Below are positions 1-10,234 of a DNA stretch of 64,000 bases, piece by piece. The position numbers and the translations under genes are program-made. The stretch spans positions 4,833 to 68,832 of the forward strand of contig CAMVLO010000006.1 of the NCBI GenBank assembly GCA_947168365.1, given 5' to 3'. The DNA comes from an uncultured Bacteroidales bacterium. Lineage in GTDB: Bacteria > Bacteroidota > Bacteroidia > Bacteroidales > UBA3824. The notes below the pieces were generated by a model. It worked only from the letters and a program-made list of their open reading frames with translations. It was not told the DNA's origin and ran no database searches. The stretch's first letter is position 1; every line of letters starts with the position of its first letter.

Positions 1-615
1 TATAACCCGGATTGGATAATAACAATAACACCAACTTGTTATCCAATAAAACCGATAAAAGAAATTGAAAGTTTTCTAAAGAATTCAGAATATGACGGTT
101 ACATGTCATATAGGAAAGTAACAGCAACTCCCAAATGGGAATTAGACAAATGGATATATCGCGATATGTACCATAAAAAGATAATGTTACCAATAATAAA
201 CAGACCAATTTTCATTAAACGAAAAACTAAATCAGTACCATTTAATGAAGATTTTCCTATTTGGCACAGCTCAAATTATTTTATGCTTAACAACAAAGCT
301 ATAAAACAATTACTAGAACAAGAAGAATGTTACAACAAACTAGTAAAGTTTTATGAAACATTCAACAGCAAAAATCAACATCCATGTCCACAAGAAATTG
401 TTATACAAAGTATTATAATGAATAATTGTAAAAACATTAATATATGTAACAATTATTACAGATACATAAAATGGGTAGAAGGTGTATGGTCACCCATCTA
501 CTTAACAGAAGACAATTATGAAGAAGTAAAAAATTCCGATGCATTATTTGCACGAAAGTTTAGATCACCTGAAAGTGACAAACTTACAAAACTAATAGAC
601 AACAATTTATTATAA
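1..615 (+). CDS. Glycosyltransferase family 14-like (core-2/I-branching type), 5'-truncated by window edge
   Basis: Frame 1 is open from nt 1 (YNPDWIITITPTCYPIK...) into listed ORF 103..615. The C-terminal 'SDALFARKF' block is typical of GT14 enzymes. The gene lies in a glycosyltransferase-rich locus. Confidence 0.5.
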   Translation, partial: YNPDWIITITPTCYPIKPIKEIESFLKNSEYDGYMSYRKVTATPKWELDKWIYRDMYHKKIMLPIINRPIFIKRKTKSVPFNEDFPIWHSSNYFMLNNKAIKQLLEQEECYNKLVKFYETFNSKNQHPCPQEIVIQSIIMNNCKNINICNNYYRYIKWVEGVWSPIYLTEDNYEEVKNSDALFARKFRSPESDKLTKLIDNNLL

Positions 616-791
616 TACTAAACTTAAGAGAGCAATACAAAGGCAAATATAACAATACTATTTTATTTTACTTACAAAATAAATGATTGAATAGATTGTC
701 ATAATGCAGCCTCGCAAAGTAAAGATAAATTTGAAAAGCTGTTTTCAAAGGCAAAAAAAAATAAAGTAAGCAATCAATATACAAAAACATC

Positions 792-844
792 GCGATAGTT
801 GCTCCGTAACGCCTAAAAAAATGCAGTTACGGAGCAACTATCGC
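792..844. repeat. Perfect 19-bp inverted repeat with 15-nt loop (strong hairpin) in a 518-bp ORF-free gap
   Basis: gcgatagttgctccgtaac (792-810) is the exact reverse complement of gttacggagcaactatcgc (826-844). It is followed by ttattt. Confidence 0.9.
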
Positions 845-1110
845 TTATTTATGAAGTATTACTCTCGAAAAATTAACACGAGAATAAAAGGAAATATGCA
901 TAAAAAAAATTAAAGAACTCAAAACAATACATACGCAACGAAAACTTTGTATTTTGAGTTATATTTAAATTACATCAAAAATTTGGTTATAAAACAAATA
1001 ATTCACAGGATATTGCCGATTTTCAAAAGGACAAATGGAACAAGACTATTAAAATATAGCAACAAAAAGGGACAATCGATAAAATAATTGTATAGTTAAC
1101 AGGAATGTTA

Positions 1111-1118
1111 TACCTTTG
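1111..1118 (+). promoter_or_regulatory. Bacteroidota-type -7 promoter box (TAccTTTG)
   Basis: Matches the TAnnTTTG consensus, 16 nt upstream of the ATG at 1134. Confidence 0.45.
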
Positions 1119-1133
1119 CAACAAAAATAGAAA

Positions 1134-2189
1134 ATGAGTCAATTTATAAAAACAATAATTAAATTTATTCTAATCGCAATTCCAATTGCAATAACCTTTT
1201 CTCTACCATGCATTTTCATATTACCTTACCAAACAGGAGGGTTCGGTGATTGGGGAATTCCTTTTGGTCCATACGATACAATATTTAAACCGGTAAATTA
1301 TTGCTACATTGAAAATGTTGACAATTATGATTCTTTAAAAAACAAAGAAATTATCACGATAGGAGATTCTTTTAGCCAAGGAACAACCATGGGATATCAA
1401 AACTACCTTGGTCACAAACTAAATAAAACAATAAGTAATTTTAGAATAAAAGAAGCAAGGCCTGAAAATACTGGATATACCTTACTAAAAAAGAACATGA
1501 TACCTAAATGTAAAGTATTAATTACAGAATCAGTAGAAAGAACCTTTATAAAATCCTTAAGTGATGAATTTACAATATTTGATAATATCCAAAAAAAAGA
1601 AATTATAACGAACAATGAAAAAAATTTATTGAATTTCTTCAAACCTCAAGACATAGAAATAAAAAGCTATGATTTTAATTTTAAAAAGCTATTGAACTAT
1701 TATACAAACAAATTCACAATATCTAAATCATATAAAAAACTTAAATTAATTCAACCGATGTTTACAGCAAGGAAATACTCGGAATATCTGTATATTTACA
1801 ACAACAAAAAGAATTGGGATGGCGACCTACTATTTCAATACTTAACAGAAAACGAAATAAAAAAAGCAAAAAACAATCTAAATTCACTAATAGAAGAAGC
1901 AGAAAAACAAAACATAAAACTAATTTATATGATTCCGGCGGATAAATATGACATGTATTACGACTTTATAGAAAACAATCCATATCCCCCCAACCCCTCA
2001 TTTGATTATTTTAAAGATTTGGATACAAATATTTTTGTCAATACAAAACAAATTCTAACTCCTTATCTAAAAAATGGAGAAAAAGATATATACCGTGTTA
2101 ATGATACACATTGGTCGATAAAAGCGGCTAAAATTGTCGGTGAACATCTCGCCGATATAATAATAAATTACAACATAAATAATAAATAA
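1134..2189 (+). CDS. SGNH/AlgX-AlgJ-like periplasmic O-acetyltransferase partner protein
   Basis: N-terminal TM helix, 'TIGDSFSQG' (SGNH block I-like) and C-terminal 'NDTHWS' (the Asp-x-His-Trp block seen in AlgX/AlgJ-type proteins). It lies immediately upstream of an MBOAT gene. Confidence 0.55.
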   Translation: MSQFIKTIIKFILIAIPIAITFSLPCIFILPYQTGGFGDWGIPFGPYDTIFKPVNYCYIENVDNYDSLKNKEIITIGDSFSQGTTMGYQNYLGHKLNKTISNFRIKEARPENTGYTLLKKNMIPKCKVLITESVERTFIKSLSDEFTIFDNIQKKEIITNNEKNLLNFFKPQDIEIKSYDFNFKKLLNYYTNKFTISKSYKKLKLIQPMFTARKYSEYLYIYNNKKNWDGDLLFQYLTENEIKKAKNNLNSLIEEAEKQNIKLIYMIPADKYDMYYDFIENNPYPPNPSFDYFKDLDTNIFVNTKQILTPYLKNGEKDIYRVNDTHWSIKAAKIVGEHLADIIINYNINNK

Positions 2190-2209
2190 TTTGAATAATT
2201 TATTAAACC

Positions 2210-3667
2210 ATGCTTTTTAATTCAATTGAATTTGCCATATTTTTACCAATAGTATTTGCAATATATTGGATAATTGGCTCTGACAGAAGAAAAATACAAA
2301 ATTTATTTCTATTAATTGCAAGCTATGTATTTTACGGTTGGTGGAATCCTCAGTTTCTCATCCTCATTTTCTTATCTACTCTTGTTGACTATTTCGTTGC
2401 AAGAGGAATAGAAAATTATACTAATAACAAACAAAATCAAAAAAAACTATTAGCTGTATCGCTAATTTTTAATCTCGGAATGCTTGGATTTTTCAAATAC
2501 TTCAACTTTTTTGTAGAAAATTTTGTTCAAGCATTTACACTATTCGGAATGAAACTTAATCTTCCGACATTACAAATAATTTTACCGGTAGGAATTAGTT
2601 TCTATACTTTCCAAACTCTTAGCTATTCGATTGATGTATACAAAGGCAAACTCTCTGCATGCAAAGACTTTATATCATTTGCGGCATACGTTAGTTTCTT
2701 TCCGCAACTTGTAGCCGGTCCTATTGAAAGAGCGACAAACTTAGTACCCCAGTTTTTAAACAAAAGAACTTTTGACTACTACCTCGCAGTAGACGGAATG
2801 AAACAAATATTATGGGGTTTATTCAAAAAAATTGTCATAGCTGACAGTTGTGCAAAACTTGTAAATCCATTTTTTGAAAACTATTCCACATATCCGGGTG
2901 CTGACTTAATAATATGTTCTGTTCTATTTGCATTCCAAATTTACTGTGACTTTTCCGGTTACTCTGACATTGCAATCGGAACTGCCAGATTATTCGGATT
3001 TAACTTAATGCGAAACTTTAGTTTCCCATATTTTAGTCGCGATGTAGCAGAATTTTGGAGACGTTGGCATATTTCACTTACAACATGGTTCAGAGATTAT
3101 ATTTACATCCCACTCGGTGGAAGCAGACGCGGATTAGCAATAGTAATCAGAAATACATTCATAATATATTTAGTATCCGGATTTTGGCATGGTGCAAGAT
3201 GGACATTTATATTTTGGGGGTTACTCAACGCGTTGTATTTCTTACCATTATTAATACGAAAGAAAAACCGCAAACATCTTGACATCGTTGCATCAGACAG
3301 AAAATTTCCAAACTTCAAAGAGTTATTAAGTATGTTAACAACATTTGCATTAATAACATTTGCTTGGATATTTTTCAGAGCAACAAGTATGGAAGAAGCC
3401 GTAAAAGTGATATATCATTGCTTAAAAGATTTAATTCAACATCCGGCATCTATATTATTGTTATTCAGAGAGCTATATTTACCGCAAATAATATTATTGA
3501 CAATATTTATAACTATAGAATGGTTTGGACGCAGAAATCAATATGCCATCCAAAGTTTCTTGGTTAACAATAATGTAGCATTAAGATGGAGCATGTATTA
3601 CGCAATAATAATTGCAATTATACTAAGCTTCGGTGAAAAACAAGATTTTATTTATTTTCAATTCTAA
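2210..3667 (+). CDS. MBOAT family membrane O-acyltransferase (AlgI/DltB-like)
   Basis: Polytopic membrane protein with the hallmark 'FWRRWHISLTTWFRDYIYIPLGGSR' block and 'GFWHG'. Confidence 0.9.
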   Translation: MLFNSIEFAIFLPIVFAIYWIIGSDRRKIQNLFLLIASYVFYGWWNPQFLILIFLSTLVDYFVARGIENYTNNKQNQKKLLAVSLIFNLGMLGFFKYFNFFVENFVQAFTLFGMKLNLPTLQIILPVGISFYTFQTLSYSIDVYKGKLSACKDFISFAAYVSFFPQLVAGPIERATNLVPQFLNKRTFDYYLAVDGMKQILWGLFKKIVIADSCAKLVNPFFENYSTYPGADLIICSVLFAFQIYCDFSGYSDIAIGTARLFGFNLMRNFSFPYFSRDVAEFWRRWHISLTTWFRDYIYIPLGGSRRGLAIVIRNTFIIYLVSGFWHGARWTFIFWGLLNALYFLPLLIRKKNRKHLDIVASDRKFPNFKELLSMLTTFALITFAWIFFRATSMEEAVKVIYHCLKDLIQHPASILLLFRELYLPQIILLTIFITIEWFGRRNQYAIQSFLVNNNVALRWSMYYAIIIAIILSFGEKQDFIYFQF

Positions 3668-4597
3668 ATGATGAAAAAATTTTGTAAGAAAATATTATTA
3701 CTAACATTATTAACATATGCCATTAGTCTAATTCTCGATATAGGAATTTCAAAATTTGCACAACCGCGTGGTGAATTTTCAAGTTGGAAAGATCTGTATT
3801 CCAATAATATTAATGCAGACTTACTGATATTCGGTAGTTCTCGGGCAATGAACCACTTCAACTCACATATTATAGAGGATTCTCTTAAAATATCAGCTTA
3901 CAATCTGGGCCTCAGTAGCGCTAGGATAGAAATTTCGTTATTACGATTATTAGAACATCTTCGATTATGCAGTAAAAAGCCACAATACATAACATTAGAA
4001 ATAGATTGGCTTACCATAGACAACGAAAAATTTCTTTGGTCACCGTGGCAATTGTTTCCGTATATGCTTTACAATAGAAATATGTACACATACACACATC
4101 ATTTTAAAGGATACAATACTCATTATTATCTTATTCCTTTAGCAAGATATGGAAAATACTATATAGACATTTTCAGAAACTGGAACAATACAGATGTGAA
4201 CAACAGCGATATTGAAAGAAAGGGATTTGTTGCCTTCAAAAGTAACTGGAATCCTCCAAAAGATATAAACAACATAGAAGTGTCAATTCATCAAGAAGAA
4301 ATAGAATACCTGTATGAGTTCATAAAAGTCTGCAAATCAAACAATATCAAGCTTAATTTTGTTTACGCACCTGAACATATAGAAGCTACAAAAATGGTAA
4401 AAGGACGAGAAAAAGTCATTGAATACATAAAAAAAATATCTGATGAAAACGGTATTCCATTTGCAGATTTTTCCCAAGATAGCTATTGCGCTGATACCAC
4501 ATACTTTTTTAATAAAAGACATCTCAATTCCAAAGGTGCAGACAAATTCACGTCCGAATATTACATCCCTTGGATAAAAGAATTGTACGGATTATAA
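3668..4597 (+). CDS. Hypothetical membrane-anchored protein, possibly a second SGNH/DltD-like acetylation accessory protein
   Basis: The start abuts the MBOAT stop. Has an N-terminal TM helix, 'LLIFGSSRAMNHF' (GDS-like block) and C-terminal 'KRHLNSKGADKF' (DxxH-like block). The assignment is weak. Confidence 0.4.
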   Translation: MMKKFCKKILLLTLLTYAISLILDIGISKFAQPRGEFSSWKDLYSNNINADLLIFGSSRAMNHFNSHIIEDSLKISAYNLGLSSARIEISLLRLLEHLRLCSKKPQYITLEIDWLTIDNEKFLWSPWQLFPYMLYNRNMYTYTHHFKGYNTHYYLIPLARYGKYYIDIFRNWNNTDVNNSDIERKGFVAFKSNWNPPKDINNIEVSIHQEEIEYLYEFIKVCKSNNIKLNFVYAPEHIEATKMVKGREKVIEYIKKISDENGIPFADFSQDSYCADTTYFFNKRHLNSKGADKFTSEYYIPWIKELYGL

Positions 4598-4642
4598 AAA
4601 TATAGGAAAAGAATTTTCATTAAAATTCCTTTCCTATATCAT

Positions 4643-5425
4643 TTACTTTCTAAACATTTTATGATAAATTCTTAACAAATTATCATATAAATTTTGCGTA
4701 AAAGTTTTTTTCTTATATGTTGGTCGCCATGAACCATTACACATGTGTACTGCAATACTCTCATCGGTTTCGTGTCCAACTGTACAAAAAACTTTCGAAG
4801 GTTCTATTAGCAAAGTTTTATCTTCTGATAATTTTAAAATTTGTTGTTCATCTTTATATTTAAAACCATATTTTTCAGCTAAATATGCATATAAGCCGGG
4901 AGCAATAAGTTTTCCATAAGTCTTATCTTCAACAATTTCTGAATGAGAATCATACCAATCCAAACAATCTTTTGCAAACTGACATCCTTTTTCTGCTCCC
5001 ATAATCGCAGCTTGAATTCCTATCCCTGGAACACCATCAACAGTATTTATCGGATTTCCATTCTCATCAATAAATTTTGACATAACCTCATTTTGCACAA
5101 CTTCAGGATGGTACTCCACAGCCGAAAAAAAGTTAAAATTAAGATAATCGTCAAAACTTTTATTTACCAATACATCACTATCCAAATATATTCCGCCATC
5201 AGTATATAAAGCATACATCCTAATATAATCAGATGCAAAAGCCCACTTCTTTATTTTTACAGAATCAAAAACAAATTTATTGATATTTATATCAAAATTT
5301 TCTGTATTCCAACATTTTACTGTATAACCGGGGTTACGCAGCAACCATGAATCCATATAATCTTTAATGATAGCATCTTTAGGCTCATTACTCAGCCAAA
5401 CATAATGAATAATTTTTGGTATCAT
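4643..5425 (-). CDS. Glycosyltransferase family 32-like (DXD sugar transferase)
   Basis: 'IPKIIHYVWLS' N-terminus and the 'YLDSDVL' DXD motif are typical of GT32 / capsular polysaccharide synthesis proteins. Confidence 0.75.
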   Translation of the reverse strand: MIPKIIHYVWLSNEPKDAIIKDYMDSWLLRNPGYTVKCWNTENFDININKFVFDSVKIKKWAFASDYIRMYALYTDGGIYLDSDVLVNKSFDDYLNFNFFSAVEYHPEVVQNEVMSKFIDENGNPINTVDGVPGIGIQAAIMGAEKGCQFAKDCLDWYDSHSEIVEDKTYGKLIAPGLYAYLAEKYGFKYKDEQQILKLSEDKTLLIEPSKVFCTVGHETDESIAVHMCNGSWRPTYKKKTFTQNLYDNLLRIYHKMFRK

Positions 5426-5456
5426 TTTATTTTAAATTATTAAGTAAAAAAATCAT

Positions 5457-6749
5457 TTATAATTTTCTCTTTCTCAAATATCTCCTGTACATCCACAAGA
5501 AAAGAAATACTGGCCAATAGCTCATACCGATAAAAGCAACAATTCCGGGCAAGTCGCCTCCGCGCAATATCGGTATGGTTGAGGCAAATATTATTCCGTG
5601 AAGTACATAGCGCATGTCTGAATGATAACGCTTGGTACGATTGAACATCACTTTGAAAAATACTGCGTAAATCACACAAAAGATTACTATGCCTAATGTG
5701 CCGCCTTCTCCATAAAATGTTCCGTAAATTGACTGCGATATTCCAACTGTACCCCTACCCTCTTCCATTAATTTATCATTCAAATGCAATTTATTAGCAT
5801 ATCCGCCTACCGGTTTTTCTGGCCAAATGGCTCGCGGTATCGGTCGCAATAATATTTCAAAATGTTCTGAACCGTAACCATAATCAAGGTATTGTGGATA
5901 AACTTGTAAAACCATCATAAAACCGTCAAGCATATTTTGGTCGGAAGCTTCTTGCATACGTTTCTGAGCATTTTCAACTTGAGTTTCAAAATTGCCGTTT
6001 CTGGTTTCCCACTTTCGTGCATTACCGGCAATCATAAACAACAATATTGCAGCAACACCTCCAACCACATAACAAATTCCTTTCGTTACTTTGTTGAAAC
6101 GTCCTACAATTATAAATATCAATGCTACCATCCACGACAACATCTGAAACCTTGATGTCGGATTATAACTTGCAACTGCCGCTCCTACCAACAAAACTAA
6201 ATATATTATTCGTTGAAAGGTTTGTTTCTTAGGAAGATTTTTCAGCAACAAGAAAAACAAAATAATCATTCCGCCAATTGCAAATCCGAACAAAAAGATA
6301 TAACCGCCGCCCAAAGCTAAATCGCCGCCGGATGATGACAATCTGTTTGTTACCGAACTTATCAACAAAAATACAACATAAAGTATTACAATTAGTTTTT
6401 GCTTACTTTTTAGAAATTGACTGAAAATCTCATCATTATCCAAATACCGGTAACGTTTCTGTTTTTCACTAAAAATGATGTAACATATTGAAAAAACAAA
6501 TGTCCCCATAAAGAAAAGATTTAATGCTTGTATAGCCAACTCGTTGTCCATGTGAAATATATTAATTGCATAATTCACCTGAACCCATTCTGATTGTCCG
6601 GACATCACGGCTTGATATCGCATTATTCCTGTCATATAGAAAAACGCAACAAGCAGCAATACGAACTCGTCTGTCTTGCGGAAATATTGCACAACGCCAA
6701 TTCCCGCCAAGATATAAGTTAAAAATTCTATAGTTTCAAAATCAAGCAT
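5457..6749 (-). CDS. O-antigen polymerase (Wzy)-like polytopic membrane protein
   Basis: About 10 or more hydrophobic helices and no soluble catalytic domain. It is embedded among glycosyltransferases. Confidence 0.5.
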   Translation of the reverse strand: MLDFETIEFLTYILAGIGVVQYFRKTDEFVLLLVAFFYMTGIMRYQAVMSGQSEWVQVNYAINIFHMDNELAIQALNLFFMGTFVFSICYIIFSEKQKRYRYLDNDEIFSQFLKSKQKLIVILYVVFLLISSVTNRLSSSGGDLALGGGYIFLFGFAIGGMIILFFLLLKNLPKKQTFQRIIYLVLLVGAAVASYNPTSRFQMLSWMVALIFIIVGRFNKVTKGICYVVGGVAAILLFMIAGNARKWETRNGNFETQVENAQKRMQEASDQNMLDGFMMVLQVYPQYLDYGYGSEHFEILLRPIPRAIWPEKPVGGYANKLHLNDKLMEEGRGTVGISQSIYGTFYGEGGTLGIVIFCVIYAVFFKVMFNRTKRYHSDMRYVLHGIIFASTIPILRGGDLPGIVAFIGMSYWPVFLFLWMYRRYLRKRKL

Positions 6750-6762
6750 TAAATATTTTTTT

Positions 6763-7992
6763 CTAACGTTGAAGATTATCGATTACAATTTTTATTCGAT
6801 TTCTAAAATTATCTCTGTCATAATTCTTTGCAGTTGCGATTGCACGATGTCTTATCAAATTAAACTCCTCATCGCTGAGTTGTGCATAAAACATAATTTC
6901 ATTTGCTAAAGATTCTACATCACGGATAGGAACGATACTACCGTTTTTACGATGTTCTATAATTTCAGCACCGAAAGAATGTGAAGTTGTAATTACTGGT
7001 AATCCGGCAGCCATAGCCTCAGGTATTACAAGTCCGAATCCTTCAAATATCGTTGGCAAAACCAAGATGTCATAATCTTGATACTTTTGAAACAATTCTG
7101 ATTGCGGTATTCCAGAACTGTAATTATAAAAATCTGAATACTTTTTAAAAGCCTCGCCATTACCTTGGATGTTACCAATTATATGCAATTCTGCTGAATC
7201 TTTTATGATATTAGCAAAAGCGTCCAACAAATATTTAATACCTTTACGTTGCGTAACCGTACCGCAATACAATACTTTTAACTTTCTATTTTTTAGCGAC
7301 TTAAATTCAGGACCGGATTTTATTTGATCTGCGCAGAAACATAATGGAAGAATTTTTATCTTATCTTCGCTAATTCCGTCATCAATCAAACTTTGTTTTG
7401 TAAACTCAGAAGCAGCCAAAACATAATCGGCAACATGAGGTTCTTCTCGCAAACGCTTTTCGTATTCAATAGGGAAAACTAAATTATCAATAGAATCAGC
7501 CCATTCGGGAAACAGTCGCTGTTCTTCTCCCAAAATATTTTTTGCAGCAGTAACATGAGCCGTTGCAAGTTCTACAATTGAAGTTTTTCCGGATTTTTTT
7601 GCATACTTCAAAGTTTCAAAACAGCTGCCTTGAAATCCCCAAAACATCTGAGATTTACGTTTTAAAATTTGTTTTGACATATAAATATCAAACAATTCAT
7701 CGCGATGATAAACAGCATTCTGAGATTTTTCGGTTTTGCCATAAAGTTTTCTGTACAGAACTTCTTTTACTTCAAAACGCCAATTAGAACAAACTTTGTT
7801 ACCGTTAAGCCCGGTGATAAAACGTTTTGAGAAATACGAATTACCGGTTTTTATTATGAGATTCTGCAAGAATTTACTTCCGACATAACTACTTGTATAA
7901 TAACGATCCAACAAATTTAATTCAAGCAATGATAAAGCTGTCAGATAAGAATGTTGCTTTCCCGAATGTGCTAAAGTTATCATTTTATTCAA
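6763..7992 (-). CDS. Glycosyltransferase family 4
   Basis: C-terminal 'LPTIFEGFGLVIPEAMAAGLPVITT' (E-x7-E motif). Confidence 0.85.
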   Translation of the reverse strand: MNKMITLAHSGKQHSYLTALSLLELNLLDRYYTSSYVGSKFLQNLIIKTGNSYFSKRFITGLNGNKVCSNWRFEVKEVLYRKLYGKTEKSQNAVYHRDELFDIYMSKQILKRKSQMFWGFQGSCFETLKYAKKSGKTSIVELATAHVTAAKNILGEEQRLFPEWADSIDNLVFPIEYEKRLREEPHVADYVLAASEFTKQSLIDDGISEDKIKILPLCFCADQIKSGPEFKSLKNRKLKVLYCGTVTQRKGIKYLLDAFANIIKDSAELHIIGNIQGNGEAFKKYSDFYNYSSGIPQSELFQKYQDYDILVLPTIFEGFGLVIPEAMAAGLPVITTSHSFGAEIIEHRKNGSIVPIRDVESLANEIMFYAQLSDEEFNLIRHRAIATAKNYDRDNFRNRIKIVIDNLQR

Positions 7993-7995
7993 TAA

Positions 7996-9141
7996 TTATA
8001 TGTTATTTACTAACGTATTGTATGCTGACAGTTGAATTCTTACATTATTATTCCAAGACGAATATTCACTAAACGCAGTCCAATTGTCAACATACGGATT
8101 ATTTGTCGGATAATTTTTGATAGCATCAACAAGAGCATCAAGATTATCCGGCTCTACCATAACAGCAAGTTTATATTTTGAAGCCGAATACGCCATCCCC
8201 GATTCTGTTTTTGACACAATCAACTTTGGTCTGAAAGGGCTAAGTGAATTTAGTATACCGCTTTGAGATTTAAATGTTTGCGAATAATACAGCAAAACAA
8301 TATCACTATTTTTAAAAATAGAGCTAATTTCATTACCGTTAAGATATTTCACCAAGAAAAAAACACGGTCTTCAACACCGCAACTCTCAGCAAATTTCTT
8401 GTAGTCATCAACATCTTCTGCCGATGTTACAGTAGTTCCGGCAATCAACAAAGCAATATCAGGTATTTTTGCAACTGCTTGAATTGCAAGTTTATAATTT
8501 TTTTCAGCTCTAATATTACCTGTTATCGAAACAACTTTCAGTCCCTTTTCCTTTATTTTACTAATATAATCTTCTGTTGCAGAATCAACAGGAGCTGCCG
8601 GATATATGCCGTGAGGGATTTTTGAAAATATGATTCTGTTATCAGAATTTTTATAGTAACACAAATCCGGCAAAGTTTCATGATAAAACGCCAAATCTAC
8701 AATATCCATAATTTTTTGCATTGACTTTTCCGACCACGAAAGTTTTGAAAAATATGCACTTCTATCGGGATCATGTAGAATTATAGCTGTCTTGAAATTA
8801 CGTTTTTTGTATCTTGATGTCCAAAAAAAAGAGGTAACTTGATCAAAATCATTAAATATCAACAAATCGACCTTATTTTTTTTAACAAATTTGTATGCTC
8901 TCAAAGGATTAACCAAAGATCTGTACAAAAAATAAAACTTTCCGAAAATCTTTTTTATTCCTTTAAAAGACAAATCTTTCATCAAAATATCCTTAGCTTG
9001 CGGACATTCTTTTCCTCCGTCCTTTGGGAAAAGAGCGTAACAACGTTCTACTTCAGATTGTTTTGAATATGTTTCTGCAATTTGTTTTGCATATTCATAA
9101 CATCCGCCAAAAGAACTATTTGAATAAATTGCTACTTTCAT
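7996..9141 (-). CDS. Glycosyltransferase, GT1/GT4-like (divergent)
   Basis: Rossmann-like N-terminus 'MKVAIYSN'. Size and position fall between two GT genes. No clean E-x7-E motif is seen. Confidence 0.5.
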   Translation of the reverse strand: MKVAIYSNSSFGGCYEYAKQIAETYSKQSEVERCYALFPKDGGKECPQAKDILMKDLSFKGIKKIFGKFYFLYRSLVNPLRAYKFVKKNKVDLLIFNDFDQVTSFFWTSRYKKRNFKTAIILHDPDRSAYFSKLSWSEKSMQKIMDIVDLAFYHETLPDLCYYKNSDNRIIFSKIPHGIYPAAPVDSATEDYISKIKEKGLKVVSITGNIRAEKNYKLAIQAVAKIPDIALLIAGTTVTSAEDVDDYKKFAESCGVEDRVFFLVKYLNGNEISSIFKNSDIVLLYYSQTFKSQSGILNSLSPFRPKLIVSKTESGMAYSASKYKLAVMVEPDNLDALVDAIKNYPTNNPYVDNWTAFSEYSSWNNNVRIQLSAYNTLVNNI

Positions 9142-10160
9142 TATTTAACCAACAATTTAGATTGACCATCTTTTTGTTTACCGGATTTGAAAAGCCAACC
9201 TTTTATATAATTTTTGATATAAGCCCAACGCTGAGTTTCTATCATCCAAAATGCCAATGGTAAATTCTTAAAACCATATTTCGGATTATTAATACGTTTC
9301 ATATTCTTAACAGCATTCAGATACGAACGCAACCCGAACAATTGTAAAACAAATATCGGAACAAAATACAGTTTCAAATTTGATGGTATTAAGAAAATAA
9401 AAACCGGCAAAAACGGAATTATCGACCATCTCAAAGAAGTTTCAACCACATTAGAAACAAAATTTCTAAAATTGATTTTACCTTCGCCGTCGCCCAAACC
9501 ATAACGACCGGCTTCTTTAGCAAATTGTTTTACAGTTTTATGTCTGTTCCAAAAAACCAAAGGCTGAGGATCAATAGCATACTTAAAACCTTCACGCTTA
9601 ATTTCACGCCAAAAAATAGTATCATCGGCAGCCAAAGTAAGCCATTCGTGATAACCTCCGATTTTTTCCCAAACACTTTTATAATATGCAATACTTCGCG
9701 ACGAAACCGAAAATGTATCATCCAACTTCAATTTATATCCGTTCTGAAGTATATAATCAGCTCTACCCGCCGGAGTATCAATATCAGATTCATTAATAGC
9801 GAAACCGCCGCCTACAACTTGCAATTCTGAATCTTTTTCAAAATACGACACAAGAGTTTCCAGCCATCGCTTATCATAACGGCAACCGAAATCTGTACTA
9901 ACAATCAAATCGTTAGAAGAATTTTTAATAGCAAGATTTCTACCTTGAGCCACATTACATCCTTTACTTACAATTACTTTTATAACCGATTTAGACTTTT
10001 TTGCAGCCTCGTTCAACATCTCGATAGTACCATCAGTACTTCCGGCATCTACAATAATTATTTCATCAGGCGTTACAGTCTGATTTTCAATTTCATCAAG
10101 AGATTGTTTCAACCTACTTGCTTCATTAAATATGGTAGAAACTAAAGAAAACTTTTTCAA
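9141..10160 (-). CDS. Glycosyltransferase family 2 with C-terminal membrane segment
   Basis: 'FSLVSTIFNEASRL...IIIVDAGSTDGT' GT2 N-terminal signature. Confidence 0.8.
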   Translation of the reverse strand: MKKFSLVSTIFNEASRLKQSLDEIENQTVTPDEIIIVDAGSTDGTIEMLNEAAKKSKSVIKVIVSKGCNVAQGRNLAIKNSSNDLIVSTDFGCRYDKRWLETLVSYFEKDSELQVVGGGFAINESDIDTPAGRADYILQNGYKLKLDDTFSVSSRSIAYYKSVWEKIGGYHEWLTLAADDTIFWREIKREGFKYAIDPQPLVFWNRHKTVKQFAKEAGRYGLGDGEGKINFRNFVSNVVETSLRWSIIPFLPVFIFLIPSNLKLYFVPIFVLQLFGLRSYLNAVKNMKRINNPKYGFKNLPLAFWMIETQRWAYIKNYIKGWLFKSGKQKDGQSKLLVK

Positions 10161-10234
10161 TTGAATATTTTTTTAAAATCCGATGCAAAATTAAATTATA
10201 TTTTTTACTTTTACAGCTTATAAAGAAAATAAAA

